Positions 1 to 10,724 of a DNA stretch of 64,000 nucleotides are shown in pieces. Source of the stretch: Acholeplasma sp. (lineage in GTDB: Bacteria; Bacillota_I; Bacilli_A; Acholeplasmatales; UBA5453). Below the pieces are notes generated by a model that saw only the letters and a program-made list of their open reading frames with translations, had not been told where the DNA came from and ran no database searches. The stretch lies in the NCBI GenBank assembly GCA_036677365.1, contig JAVBWN010000014.1:1-64000 (forward strand), in the 5' to 3' direction. Position 1 is the first letter of the stretch, and every line of letters starts with the position of its first letter. The translations under genes were made by a program, and so were the position numbers.

Positions 1-88
1 TTCATAGTGTTTATGTATAGAGATTATTCAACTATATTATAACATTATTTATGGGTTTTGTGAAATAAATATGAAAGAATTTTACGAA

Positions 89-143
89 TCAATTCATCCC
101 GCTACCTAAAGAGGAAGGGGACTTCTTGATTGTGTTGTTAAAT
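89..143 (-). mobile_element. Probable left end of an IS200/IS605-family element (body of element lies left of the window)
   Basis: Minus strand reads TTTAACAACACAATCAAGAAGTCCCCTTCCTCTTTAGGTAGCGGGATGAATTG, a subterminal imperfect hairpin resembling IS200/IS605 ends as I recall them. It is followed by TGtTATAAT (36-44) and an ATG at 5-3 running off the window. Confidence 0.5.
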
Positions 144-880
144 CCGACTTTTTTGTACAGGTACAAAGCATTTTCATTCAAATCATCGGCCATCAAAAAG
201 GCTCTTTTTGCGTGATGTTTTTGACCATAATCCAAGGCTTGATTCAATAGTTTCTGGCCAATCCCTTGGTTTTGTTTCGATGCTTTAACAACGATCATAC
301 GGACCCATAAAGTTCTTTTTTCTGCTTCGCCATATAGACCTATCATCACGGCCCCATCGATCTCATCTTGTTTATGAATCAAAACACAAGCATCATCAAC
401 ACCTTCTACTTGATTTTGGACCCAATCACGAATCACGGCTGTTTTTTCTCCAGAAAATGCTCGACTACTACCGGTTCGAGATTGAGAAAGTAGGATGATC
501 GTATCGATGTCGTTTGAATTAGCTAAAGTGTATGGCTCGATAGACATCAGTGTATCTGGGTATGTATACCAATAATCTCGAATTACTGCGTAAGGGATAT
601 AACCCAGTGCTTCTAAGGTGGTCATCCAAACTTTTGGAACAAACTCAATTAAGTGGTTTGGGTACGGTTTTAAAACTTCAATCAGACTTTCTAAGTGGTT
701 TACGAAAAAATGGATGTGTGGTTTTTGTTGACTTGGGTGTATGCCTTGAATCAACAAAGCATCCTTTGAATGGTGTATGACACGATAGTTCAAGAGATCC
801 TGTTCATCGACATAATGGATTGAATAATATTTAAACGATTCTTTGGCTTGTTGAACTTGTAATAATACATCGGGTTCCAT
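89..880 (-). CDS. GNAT-family N-acetyltransferase
   Basis: C-terminal acetyl-CoA motif QNQGIGQKLL and N..ALYLYKKVGF. The last ~17 codons come from the putative IS end. Confidence 0.8.
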   Translation of the reverse strand: MEPDVLLQVQQAKESFKYYSIHYVDEQDLLNYRVIHHSKDALLIQGIHPSQQKPHIHFFVNHLESLIEVLKPYPNHLIEFVPKVWMTTLEALGYIPYAVIRDYWYTYPDTLMSIEPYTLANSNDIDTIILLSQSRTGSSRAFSGEKTAVIRDWVQNQVEGVDDACVLIHKQDEIDGAVMIGLYGEAEKRTLWVRMIVVKASKQNQGIGQKLLNQALDYGQKHHAKRAFLMADDLNENALYLYKKVGFNNTIKKSPSSLGSGMN

Positions 881-916
881 GGCAATTCTCCTATGTGATT
901 TTGGATAAATGATCGG

Positions 917-2164
917 TTAAGGGTGGTTATAATATTCAAAGATGCGTTTGGCTAACCCTTCAAATGAATCGATGGGCATCCCTTCAAAATAGGGGATCAA
1001 TACTTGTTCAATATCACCTACATCTAAGGGTCTTTCTTTATATAGGTATCTCGCAATAATTCGCGCATCGTACTCAAAAACCGATTCCGATGCGCCACCG
1101 GTCACTAAACCCATCAAATCCACGCTTTTAAGTACTTCTAAAATGTATTTTTCAAGAGAAATGTAAGCTGCTTCGTTATAACCAAGAACCTCATCCAATC
1201 GTTCAATAAGTATGGATAAACCCGCACTGTTTCGAATGATGAGTTTGGTTTTATTGTTCAGCCAAACCACCACTTCTTTATCATCTAGATGGCTCATATA
1301 GAGATGGATGTTGGCGTAAGGTAAAGTCATTTCATAAAGTCTAGCGCGTCTTAAATAAGCAAATACTGCTTTGTGGTCAAAGAAATAAATGGTGGTTTTA
1401 AAGAACTGTAAACCCGTTTTGGTTTGAAAAGCACACAAGCAGGGTTGTTCGTTTTCAACCTCTGTTTGACCAAAGCGATAGGTTTCAAACCAAGCGCGAT
1501 CCCGTTTGGTTAATGTTAACTTATAAAGGTCTATTGGATGCTTCTTAAAACTTAAGTTCATGAAAAAGCCAAATAAAAGGCCCCATACCAAGCCTCCCAT
1601 CATGTTGATGAAGAAACTGAACAAGGTATACCCATAGCTAAGCCCCATAAAACCAAACATGGCAAGTCCAAAGCACAACCCACCCAACATTGAAGTATAC
1701 CAAACAATTCGATCTGGTTTCGATTTAGGTTGATTTTTGTGCGTAATATAGATATAAATGCGTTTCAATTTTTTGGTTTGATTGAGTTGAATGTAGGTGT
1801 CTTTCTCCCAAGTCACGAATACACTTTTTGATGCGTGCTTATCATTGTCACTGGTCGGTACACCTAAGCACTCAATAAGTCCAGTGCGCAGTTTTTGAAC
1901 CATTATTTTGGCTTGTTCTTCATCTTCATACGATTGATGAATGATGATCGCACGACAGTGTGACCCGGTAAATTGAAATGAGATTGTGAGCGCGGAAACG
2001 TCAAAAAAGGTTTCATGATAGACATTGTAGATGTGTTTAGATTTCACATAAACTAGCCCTTGTTCACGAAGGTATTTTTTCATGGTGGATTTTGTTTTTC
2101 CTGTTACAGCCACTAAACTTAGAAAATCCATAGACATCACCATTTTTATGATATCACAATCCAT
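917..2164 (-). CDS. Hypothetical membrane protein
   Basis: 415-aa ORF with two central Gly-rich hydrophobic helices; no recognised motif. Confidence 0.6.
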   Translation of the reverse strand: MDCDIIKMVMSMDFLSLVAVTGKTKSTMKKYLREQGLVYVKSKHIYNVYHETFFDVSALTISFQFTGSHCRAIIIHQSYEDEEQAKIMVQKLRTGLIECLGVPTSDNDKHASKSVFVTWEKDTYIQLNQTKKLKRIYIYITHKNQPKSKPDRIVWYTSMLGGLCFGLAMFGFMGLSYGYTLFSFFINMMGGLVWGLLFGFFMNLSFKKHPIDLYKLTLTKRDRAWFETYRFGQTEVENEQPCLCAFQTKTGLQFFKTTIYFFDHKAVFAYLRRARLYEMTLPYANIHLYMSHLDDKEVVVWLNNKTKLIIRNSAGLSILIERLDEVLGYNEAAYISLEKYILEVLKSVDLMGLVTGGASESVFEYDARIIARYLYKERPLDVGDIEQVLIPYFEGMPIDSFEGLAKRIFEYYNHP

Positions 2165-2252
2165 CCCAAGATAAAACCCAAACTAAACCATTGAGTTTTA
2201 CAAATATAAAAACAAAAAGAAAAAGCCTTTATTCAAGACTTTGTTTTTTTAA

Positions 2253-2327
2253 TGGCAGGGCTAGAAAGATTCGAACTTCCGAATGTCTGGGTCAGAGCCA
2301 GATGCCTTACCGCTTGGCGATAGCCCT
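2253..2327 (-). tRNA. tRNA-Gln(CTG)
   Basis: Reverse complement AGGGCTATCGCCAAGCGGTAAGGCATCTGGCTCTGACCCAGACATTCGGAAGTTCGAATCTTTCTAGCCCTGCCA folds as a cloverleaf with anticodon CTG, a TTCGAAT T-loop and encoded CCA. Confidence 0.95.
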
Positions 2328-2405
2328 CTCTACCAAGGATTATACGCTCTTTTTACCCTAAAAAAAAGAGAGAGGCGATGGTTATTTCATCGCCTCACCA
2401 TTGTT

Positions 2406-4235
2406 TTAAAATTGGATGACACCGACTTGATTGAAGCCGTTTTGAATGTCGTGTTTGGTGATGGCACCCGCAGAAATCACATAGAGGTAATCCCCCACAT
2501 AAACCGCGCGGTCAATGGAATATGGCGTATAGTACCAATAATCATTTTCAATCGCGGTGTAATAGTCTTTATGCGAAATGACCTTATCGATGGTAATCGA
2601 TTGTTCCGCTTCTAAATCCACTTTGAATATCATGTATTCATTGAGGTTATAATACTTGTATTGGTCAAAATAGCTCTTATAGACAGAGAATCCAAAGTAG
2701 CTGTTATCCATATCGAATAGAATGGCTTTGTGGTTATATAAGGCTTCACCGTATTGCCAGCTGTTTTCTTGATTGGTAAGTACGAGTGGCGTACCGATTT
2801 CAGCCAAGGTTTCTGGGTTGGTGACATCATATAAAGATAACTTGATTCCAATCGTACGGTTTTCACTGGTTTCATAACCAATACCTAACACTGTGGTATC
2901 GTTCCATCGGTGTTGATAGAGGGAGAATCCAGGGATTTCTAACGCCGCAGCGATGGTTGGATTTTTAGGATTGGATAGATTGATGATGTAGAATGGGTCA
3001 ATTTGTTCAAAGGTTACCACGGTAACTTCTTCTTCATGGAATCTAACAGAGAATACACGTTCTCTCGGTTTACCAATGCCTTCATCGAGTAATCCAACTT
3101 GAACCAAACTACGGTTGTTATCTACCAAAGTTTTTTCAAAGACATACAAGCGATTTTTAACGGTATCGCCCCAACCTTCGGTCGTGACCATACGGACGTG
3201 GCCTTCGTATTCATCGATGGCGAATTGGTTGATGACGTAGCCTTTATAGGTAACAAAGCCGCCAAATACGACACCTTCATTGACAAAGTCGAAAGCAATT
3301 AACTTACCTGTTTCTTGATACCCATCGGTTTCATCGTAGAAATATTCGTAGCTTGCGAAATAAATGCTTTGGTGGGACACATAAATCGTACCCCAGTTGA
3401 AGTTGCCTAAGAAGATATCATACGATAAATCGATATTGCCTGACAGTTCAATGGTGGTAATATTGTTAAATACTTGGGCTTGTAAATCCCCATGGTAATA
3501 AATTTCATTGTAGTCTGGGACCAATTTTTGTCCATCGATTTCATAGATAGGTCTTGGGTCAATTTCTTCATTGTACATGTTGATGTAGCTTGTTGAAACG
3601 ACATACAACTTATCCTCAATCAAACGGGTGGTATTTAAATAACCTGGCACGTTGAACGTTTTTACCCTAGCCAACGTGTCTATATCGTAAACCCAAATGG
3701 CGGTAGCTGAATTGCCATAATACCCCCATAAGCCAATCGCGTCCGTGGTTACCATGTCCCCCTGAATATCAAAAGCAAAATATTGATATGAATACCCTAA
3801 AACAACCAAGTATTCTTCGGTAATGTATAATTCACTAAAATAGGTGTATCGGTCTTTTTCATCTTCGAGTGTCACGTTTAAAAGGGTGGTCATGTCGCCA
3901 TCGATGGATGTGACGACCAAACGGTTACCGAAAATTTGATAAATGCGGTTTTGATCTACTTTGACGACATCGCCTTCATCGATACCATCGACTTGGACGT
4001 TGGTTTTGGATGTCTTAGCATTGCTTCTAACCCCACCATCTGCCGCTTCCATATCGACACCAGCCACAGGACCATAATACCATTGGTTCCCCGCTGCTTT
4101 GACTATCGATTTGAGTTGATCTAAACTGCCTACGGCATTCAATCCCATCTTTTTAGGTGTGGATTGACAGCCGGATATGAGTAGGATTGAAATAAGCATC
4201 AATCCAAGTAGAGCGATTTTCTTCATAGAAGGCAC
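2406..4235 (-). CDS. Lipoprotein with beta-propeller domain (Beta_propel-like secreted protein)
   Basis: Lipobox ISGC after a signal peptide; motifs TNVQVDGIDEGDVVK, NQFAIDEY, VTFEQIDPFYII, LEIPGFSLY. Confidence 0.8.
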   Translation of the reverse strand: MPSMKKIALLGLMLISILLISGCQSTPKKMGLNAVGSLDQLKSIVKAAGNQWYYGPVAGVDMEAADGGVRSNAKTSKTNVQVDGIDEGDVVKVDQNRIYQIFGNRLVVTSIDGDMTTLLNVTLEDEKDRYTYFSELYITEEYLVVLGYSYQYFAFDIQGDMVTTDAIGLWGYYGNSATAIWVYDIDTLARVKTFNVPGYLNTTRLIEDKLYVVSTSYINMYNEEIDPRPIYEIDGQKLVPDYNEIYYHGDLQAQVFNNITTIELSGNIDLSYDIFLGNFNWGTIYVSHQSIYFASYEYFYDETDGYQETGKLIAFDFVNEGVVFGGFVTYKGYVINQFAIDEYEGHVRMVTTEGWGDTVKNRLYVFEKTLVDNNRSLVQVGLLDEGIGKPRERVFSVRFHEEEVTVVTFEQIDPFYIINLSNPKNPTIAAALEIPGFSLYQHRWNDTTVLGIGYETSENRTIGIKLSLYDVTNPETLAEIGTPLVLTNQENSWQYGEALYNHKAILFDMDNSYFGFSVYKSYFDQYKYYNLNEYMIFKVDLEAEQSITIDKVISHKDYYTAIENDYWYYTPYSIDRAVYVGDYLYVISAGAITKHDIQNGFNQVGVIQF

Positions 4236-4395
4236 CTCCTAATTTCACCTTTACTATATCATATTTTTGGAATTTGTCATCCACTGAGCCTACGAATTTG
4301 ATGATTTATCCGAAAAATAAGTGATTTTACTCGAATACTTGCATAAAAATGAAAATATCATTACAATACTATTGTAAGATTATGGGAATATAACG

Positions 4396-5475
4396 ATGAA
4401 ATTTGGGATTTGTTTGTCTGGTGCTTTGGCCAAAGGTGCGTATCAAACCGGCTTTATGGAAGCATTCATCGAGAAAATGGGCAGGGAATCCATCGCCTGT
4501 TTATCGGGGGCATCCGTGGGGGCATGTAACGCCTACGCCATCGCCGCGAATCAATTCGATCGACTTAAAACGATTTGGCATACGTTCAACTATCCAAATC
4601 TTTTTTCGATATGGAAAGGCATCGTCTTTCAAAACCACATCGATAAAACCTTCAACCAATTGTTCGATGACCAGGATGTCATCGATATCCCTATTTATGT
4701 ATCTTCTGTTTCAACTTTTCCTAAGCTTGATTTCCATTATGTAAAGATTGAGGGGCCTTATCATGAAGACATTCGTAAATTCATGAAGGGTGCGGTGGGT
4801 TTTCCAATTTTGACGGGTCCACAAACCATCTATAAAAAAAGACTCCACACCGATGGGGGTATCATCGATAACATCCCAGTATATCCTTTGACCACACACG
4901 ATGTCGATTTGATCATTGTCCTTCACTTTGACCCCAAATACACGTTAGAAAAAAGGCTTCAACTCTCCGATAAAACGATTCTTGAAATCGACTTATCGGT
5001 GTGTAATGCCTACATGAAAAAGAGTTTTGATTTCAAGCATGATACCTTAAAACAAATGTATGACAGTGGGTATGCGTATGGCTTACAGTTATCCGATATT
5101 TTACTCAAGTGTAAAAATGCTGAACAGCTTCGTAAAACGGTCAATAAAATCATGAAAGCAGAGCAGGCGGAGCGTTCTAAATATAAAGCGTTAGATACGA
5201 TTCCATCGAAATTCAATCGCATATTCACCAAATATCGACACAAATCTTCTGTAATCACCACGTTAGAAAATCAATATAAAGACAATCCAAAACCGGTATA
5301 CCAAGGGTATTGTCATGATTGTCATAAAAAAATGACCCCAAAGAAACACTTCAGGTGGATCTTCTTTGGAGCGACCTGGTGGTTCGGCTTGGGGTTGTTG
5401 TATGCTTTATATTTTTGGTTGTTTCAAAAACCGGGCTGTCCTTATTGTAAACAAAGACATTTTGATTACATTTAA
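4396..5475 (+). CDS. Patatin-like phospholipase with C-terminal Cys-motif/transmembrane extension
   Basis: SGALAKGAYQ oxyanion loop, GASVG nucleophile, DGG catalytic Asp; the C-terminus has CxxC - hydrophobic segment - CPxC. Confidence 0.85.
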   Translation: MKFGICLSGALAKGAYQTGFMEAFIEKMGRESIACLSGASVGACNAYAIAANQFDRLKTIWHTFNYPNLFSIWKGIVFQNHIDKTFNQLFDDQDVIDIPIYVSSVSTFPKLDFHYVKIEGPYHEDIRKFMKGAVGFPILTGPQTIYKKRLHTDGGIIDNIPVYPLTTHDVDLIIVLHFDPKYTLEKRLQLSDKTILEIDLSVCNAYMKKSFDFKHDTLKQMYDSGYAYGLQLSDILLKCKNAEQLRKTVNKIMKAEQAERSKYKALDTIPSKFNRIFTKYRHKSSVITTLENQYKDNPKPVYQGYCHDCHKKMTPKKHFRWIFFGATWWFGLGLLYALYFWLFQKPGCPYCKQRHFDYI

Positions 5476-5945
5476 TCTAAATCTGAGAATTGATACACGA
5501 GACATTGGATATCTTTGTCTCGGTTTTTATTTTTCCAGTTGATGATGCCTGTTTTTTGAATCTCTAGTTTTTGGGTCGAAAGTTTGATAAATTTATTAAT
5601 CGCTTGGTTTCCGCCCATCCATTTGAATGGGAAGAAATGGGTCACATAGACTGAAGCACTTTGGTGACCTTCTTTTAAAGACGATACAAAGAGTTGCATC
5701 ACCATCGATAAATCCATCCCACGGGTTGGGGCACCAAAAATCACGTGGTCAAAGCCTTGAATATTGGGATAGTTTTCCAATTCAATGCCTTTGATTTGAT
5801 TGGGATTCTCATTCTTCGCTTTGATTTGAAATAAAGATACTTCGTGTCCTTTTCTCACCAAAGCCGCACCGATTTTATCGGCGATCCCCATGGTATTGCC
5901 TGTATACGAGTGAATGATGAGCGCAATTTTCATAAATATCACCAC
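5472..5945 (-). CDS. Flavodoxin-family protein
   Basis: N-terminal FMN-binding HSYTGNT and GAPT motifs. Confidence 0.8.
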   Translation of the reverse strand: MVIFMKIALIIHSYTGNTMGIADKIGAALVRKGHEVSLFQIKAKNENPNQIKGIELENYPNIQGFDHVIFGAPTRGMDLSMVMQLFVSSLKEGHQSASVYVTHFFPFKWMGGNQAINKFIKLSTQKLEIQKTGIINWKNKNRDKDIQCLVYQFSDLD

Positions 5946-6227
5946 ATTTCACCTTAAGTATAGTGCGATTTAAAAAAGAATACAATAGCGAATCGCACAC
6001 TTGAATTATTTCTTTTTCACTATTGTATACTTTCAATCCTTAAGCATCGAATCGACTAGAATAAAAATGATATATTTCCTGTAAAATACACACAACAAGA
6101 AAAGTCGCTTAAGATAGATTTGATAAAGCTATATTTATCAAAATCGTGTTAGCCAATAGATTACCACACTCATAGCCAAATGCATAGAAAGATCATCCAC
6201 ATTTTTGGATGATTTTATTGGATATAT

Positions 6228-6710
6228 CTATTTGAGTATAAAATGACTTAGAACCGCTCTGGCATGGTCTGATAACGGGGTAGATTGATGGGTGATGTTA
6301 TCGACATGAACAATCACTGTTTCTGCACTCGCAACCACCACACCATTTTGAAACAGATGTTGGTAGAACGTAATCGATGAGTTACCCAATTTTGTAACCC
6401 CACTGCCAATCTCTACCGTGCCTGGCCAGTGGATTTCATTTAATAACGATAGGTTATTTTGAACAATAACAAAAGAGCACTGTTCTTTATGAAGCGGGTG
6501 TTCTGGTTGATATAAAATTTCGACACGCCCAGTTTCAAGAAATTCTGAGAAATGGATGTTGTTGACATGACCTTGGCGGTCTGTATCACCATAACGGATT
6601 TTATCGTAGGTTTTAATTGGAAAATCTTCTAGTTTTAATTTGGTCATAATTGAACCCCCTATACTAAAAGTAGTATACCTAATTCTACATAAAAAAGGAA
6701 ATGAAGTCAT
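6228..6710 (-). CDS. Acyl-CoA thioesterase (4HBT/hotdog fold); likely start near 6647
   Basis: RYGDTDRQGHVNN...FLETGR motif. Confidence 0.85.
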   Translation of the reverse strand: MTSFPFLCRIRYTTFSIGGSIMTKLKLEDFPIKTYDKIRYGDTDRQGHVNNIHFSEFLETGRVEILYQPEHPLHKEQCSFVIVQNNLSLLNEIHWPGTVEIGSGVTKLGNSSITFYQHLFQNGVVVASAETVIVHVDNITHQSTPLSDHARAVLSHFILK

Positions 6711-6821
6711 TTAATAGGGTAAACCCTACGTAAACTTAAGTGATTGTGATTCAAAATGATTGTTATGAAGGTTTATTTACTATAAAATGACAGTAAGATT
6801 TATCGATGTATCACAGGAGGT

Positions 6822-7799
6822 ATGGCCATGAAAACCGTAGTGAATCGATGTTATAATCAACTCAATGCGATTGTTGTTGAAGAAAGAAATTTACCGGAAT
6901 TGAAAGACAATGAAGTATGCATTCAAGTACACGCTGCAGCATTGAATAAATCCGATTTATTATTTGCTTTGGGTAAACCCTTTATGATTAAGATGATGTA
7001 TGGATTGAAACAACCCAAGAAAATATACCCAGGGTCTGATTTTGCAGGTGAAATTCTTTCTGTTGGTTCGAAAGTCACTGAGTTTAAACCTGGGGATCAC
7101 GTGTTTGGTGATTTATCTGGGGCGGGCTTTGGTGCTTTCGCCGAACAATTGATCGCACCATCATCCAAAGTATGGTTGATACCAAAAGGCTACTCTTTTT
7201 TAGAAACCGCATCCATGCCGATGGCTTTAGGTACAGCACTAACCGCGGTTCAAAAAGTATCGGATTTAAAACACAAACGTGTACTCATCTATGGCGGTAG
7301 CGGTGGTGTTGGACGATTCTTGGTTCAAGTCGTATTGCATTTGGGTGGTAGCGTCACTGTAGTATCGAGTCAAAAACACTTCCTTGATTTCAAACAATTG
7401 GGTGTGAGTGATTTACTGGATTACACCGATCCAGCCTTCACTTTACCAAGTCAAGCTTTTGATGTGATCTTCGCCGTGAATGGTTATCAACCCATCCAAT
7501 CTTACGCGAAATCATTGGTTAAAGGGGGGCAGTGTATTGTGATCGGTGGTAGTGGGAAACAGATATTTGGCGCGATGACTTTAGGTCCGTTTTATAAGTT
7601 ATTCCAGCAAAAAGCATTTAAGAGTGTCATTGCGAGTACTGGACATAAAACACTCCAATCGATAACAAATATCGCCAACCAATTCAAAATAGATGTCCAA
7701 ATGGGTCATGTATATGCTTTAATAGAAGCAAATCAAGCTTATCAAGATTTTAATAGTCACAAATATACTGGTAAATATGTATTTGATATGCAAAAATGA
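6822..7799 (+). CDS. NAD(P)-dependent oxidoreductase, MDR/quinone-reductase-like family
   Basis: VHAAALN, PGSDFAG, GDHVFG, GAFAE and Rossmann motif GGSGGVG. Confidence 0.85.
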   Translation: MAMKTVVNRCYNQLNAIVVEERNLPELKDNEVCIQVHAAALNKSDLLFALGKPFMIKMMYGLKQPKKIYPGSDFAGEILSVGSKVTEFKPGDHVFGDLSGAGFGAFAEQLIAPSSKVWLIPKGYSFLETASMPMALGTALTAVQKVSDLKHKRVLIYGGSGGVGRFLVQVVLHLGGSVTVVSSQKHFLDFKQLGVSDLLDYTDPAFTLPSQAFDVIFAVNGYQPIQSYAKSLVKGGQCIVIGGSGKQIFGAMTLGPFYKLFQQKAFKSVIASTGHKTLQSITNIANQFKIDVQMGHVYALIEANQAYQDFNSHKYTGKYVFDMQK

Positions 7800-8033
7800 T
7801 ACACAAAAAATCCACAATTAAGAGTTGAAAAACTCTTTTTTTCTTATTTTACATTACTCCCTAAAAAATAAATAGGAAATGCTTACCTACGTAAAAATGT
7901 ATAGATGTACATAATTCTTCCTTAGGTTTAAGTTTTACCTTTGAATATGTAAAAAGTTGGATTTCTTTGTTTTTGCCTTTAAAGGGTGTTTTTTGAGTTG
8001 ATAAAACGTATAAATGTACTTAATAACAAAAAA

Positions 8034-8101
8034 TGCCCAATTAGGGCATAATTTTGTGTAATTAGTCCATTTTATCGGACCAATTCAAGATTATTTTGGA
8101 G
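8034..8101. repeat. Left prophage boundary repeat (att), copy 1
   Basis: 59/68 identical to 54312-54379. Contains hairpin TGCCC-aatta-GGGCA, an exact 15-bp ACCAATTCAAGATTA and TTTGGAG, which matches the tRNA-Cys 3' end. Confidence 0.85.
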
Positions 8102-8307
8102 TCTCTGTTAACCTTAAAGGGTCGTGTTTTTAGGGGCTCTTTAACCTTAACTGGTAAGAAATTGCCAATTAGAGAAAAATAGAGAAAGTAGTGGTATCCA
8201 TGGGTAAATAATGGAAAATAGTTAACCTACTACAACTGGTAAGAAAATGACCTTAAGTGGTAAAGAGTAGAAAATAAGGGAAAAATCAATACCATATTAT
8301 TAATATA

Positions 8308-10695
8308 TCAATATGCTGGAGATGCAAGTAAAATTACATTATACGGAATCATGTTAGAATAACTACTATGTGATACTTTAACATAATATACCTGTCCTGA
8401 ATTTAAACTTACAACACATCTTGCGTTTAAGTTGTAAACACCGTTTGAATCATACCAATTATCGTTTTGTGCAATTATGTTACCATTAATATCATAAATA
8501 GTAATAATAGTGTTGACAGTCCCAAGCGTTTGAATAACATACTCTTTTGTTATGCCGACCGTAAATTGATAAACATTAAACTGATTAATTAACAAGAAAT
8601 TAACTTGAGTATTTAACTGTAGAACACCTGTCGTAGCATAACCAACCTTAAGATTAAAACTACCAGTATGAGCAGAGTATCTCATTTTAGCTTGAATATA
8701 ATATGTATTGTTCCTATTTAGGTACTGTATTATTTTTGCATTAAAACCATCTCCACTATCATCATCAGTGGCGATTACATTACCATTGATATCATATATT
8801 GTGAGATAAGTATTAGAACCACCACTAGTTTCAAATGTATATGTTCCTGATCTACTTGGTATAAATTTAAAGTATTTGGTTTCACCATTTTTTGTAATTG
8901 TATTAGCAACAATCTGATGTTCATTTAATGCCTGAGTACCTCTTTTATAATTTCCGTAATTGTAAACACTTCCTGATGAGTCTACAGTATTAACTGAACC
9001 TGATGGAAACCAATCCCAAATCAAATATGATGTCCCGTCAAATGCAACATCTAAACTAATCGATACATAGAAACGGCTTTCTTGACTAGCGCTTAAACCA
9101 CCTTCATTTGTTAACAATACAATCCCTTGAACATAATTATTTGGTATTCTAGTGCCTACAAGTAATGGGTTAGAAAAATCATCAGATTGATTTTTTGGTA
9201 ATATTCTAGCACTCTTTAGTAAATTACCATAATAAAGGATTTGATCTTCTCGATACTGATAATTTGTTGTAATATTGATTTCATTATCAAAAATTATCCC
9301 TTGTCTATTCTCTTTATAAGTTCCTTGTGAGACATTATTATACACTTCAACCCCATATTGTAATAATGACAATGCATCGCCCCAACCAGGAACAAAGCCA
9401 AATGCTGTTAAAGCTGTATCAAGAACAAAACTATTTCTGCCTGTTTTTTTACCTTCGCCTGAAAAATTATATCTTGTTTGTAGAATGAAATCACCAGTAT
9501 CGGAGTTTGGATTGTATCCAGTTTCACCATAATTCTTAGTTACAAAATTGTCGACTGTAAATCTAAATGCAACATTCTTAAGATAATAGTTTGGTGAATC
9601 ATATGATAAATGTGGATACACAACACTACTTAGTGAAGATGAGTAACTTGAATTCCAGTCAGAACTAGACATAGTACCCTTCTCTCTTGCATAATATTTA
9701 TATTGAAACAATGGTATTACCTTAGCTTTCCCTTCGGCAACAGGAACAATCATTCCAGGTTTAATCACTTCAATATCAAAAACAAATACCTCAACTACAT
9801 ACAAATAATTTTGTTGTTTTATAGTATTCACAAAAAAACCATATTCTTGACCAACATAAGTATAAATACCTGCTGTAAAAAAAAGACTTTTTGGAATAAT
9901 TTTTGTAATATCATCATCCGTTATTTTATTATCAGCGGTTCTCCAAGAATTGTTTGGAAGTGTATAGGTATCAATAAATGTATCTGTATTAGTATATGTG
10001 TCATATTGATAAAGATTAACCGTGTTTTGTGCATTTGATTTGATGTTATTGGGAATAGTTGGTGTGCTAGATCCACCGCCACCTTCACCACCATCTTCGA
10101 ACCAAAATCCCGGAGCGCTAAAGGATACAATTGATGGAGTCAAGTGCGTAGATGCATTAGAATAATTTTCTATGATATTGATACTTGAGATTAATCTTTC
10201 ACTTATCTCATCATCACCAAATAACCACTCTATTGAATTAGGTATCAAATCCTGAACAATATCATAGCCAATTTCATCAGTAACTCTAACTAATTCTTGG
10301 AACTGATGAATATAAACAACAATGTCAATACTAAGATTATCCAAATCAATAACATGGTGATCAAATGTATATAAGATTATCTTTGCGATATCTATGGTTG
10401 TATTGAATTGATTTGATTCTAATACGTCTGCAACAATGTATCTAGTATTTCCAATCTCATTATCAATTACTGAGTAATACTGAAACACGCTTGTATTGAT
10501 AGTGTATAATGTATTGGAATAGTAAAAATTAACTATTAAATCACCATCAACCTCTTCAAAAGAGTAAATATCAACTTCAGATATTGAATTGGTGTTTGAC
10601 TGTGGTATCGAAAATGCATATGTTGATTGTATTGTAGTTATCAATAGTCCAAGTGTGATTATTGATAAAACAACTAATTTTTTAATAATTTTCAT
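8308..10695 (-). CDS. Secreted/surface cargo protein with two C-terminal PPC-like (pre-peptidase C-terminal) beta domains
   Basis: N-terminal signal peptide, GGEGGGGSSTP linker, and two repeats of the type YFKF.P..SGTYTFET.G..NTYLTIYDING.VIA.DD. Confidence 0.65.
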   Translation of the reverse strand: MKIIKKLVVLSIITLGLLITTIQSTYAFSIPQSNTNSISEVDIYSFEEVDGDLIVNFYYSNTLYTINTSVFQYYSVIDNEIGNTRYIVADVLESNQFNTTIDIAKIILYTFDHHVIDLDNLSIDIVVYIHQFQELVRVTDEIGYDIVQDLIPNSIEWLFGDDEISERLISSINIIENYSNASTHLTPSIVSFSAPGFWFEDGGEGGGGSSTPTIPNNIKSNAQNTVNLYQYDTYTNTDTFIDTYTLPNNSWRTADNKITDDDITKIIPKSLFFTAGIYTYVGQEYGFFVNTIKQQNYLYVVEVFVFDIEVIKPGMIVPVAEGKAKVIPLFQYKYYAREKGTMSSSDWNSSYSSSLSSVVYPHLSYDSPNYYLKNVAFRFTVDNFVTKNYGETGYNPNSDTGDFILQTRYNFSGEGKKTGRNSFVLDTALTAFGFVPGWGDALSLLQYGVEVYNNVSQGTYKENRQGIIFDNEINITTNYQYREDQILYYGNLLKSARILPKNQSDDFSNPLLVGTRIPNNYVQGIVLLTNEGGLSASQESRFYVSISLDVAFDGTSYLIWDWFPSGSVNTVDSSGSVYNYGNYKRGTQALNEHQIVANTITKNGETKYFKFIPSRSGTYTFETSGGSNTYLTIYDINGNVIATDDDSGDGFNAKIIQYLNRNNTYYIQAKMRYSAHTGSFNLKVGYATTGVLQLNTQVNFLLINQFNVYQFTVGITKEYVIQTLGTVNTIITIYDINGNIIAQNDNWYDSNGVYNLNARCVVSLNSGQVYYVKVSHSSYSNMIPYNVILLASPAY

Positions 10696-10724
10696 TTGTG
10701 AATATCTCCTTTTTGTTAACTTTT

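Noticed and set aside
2283..2615. 110-aa plus-strand ORF (MSGSEPDALPLGDSP...)
   Set aside because: Antisense translation of tRNA-Gln and the lipoprotein gene end.
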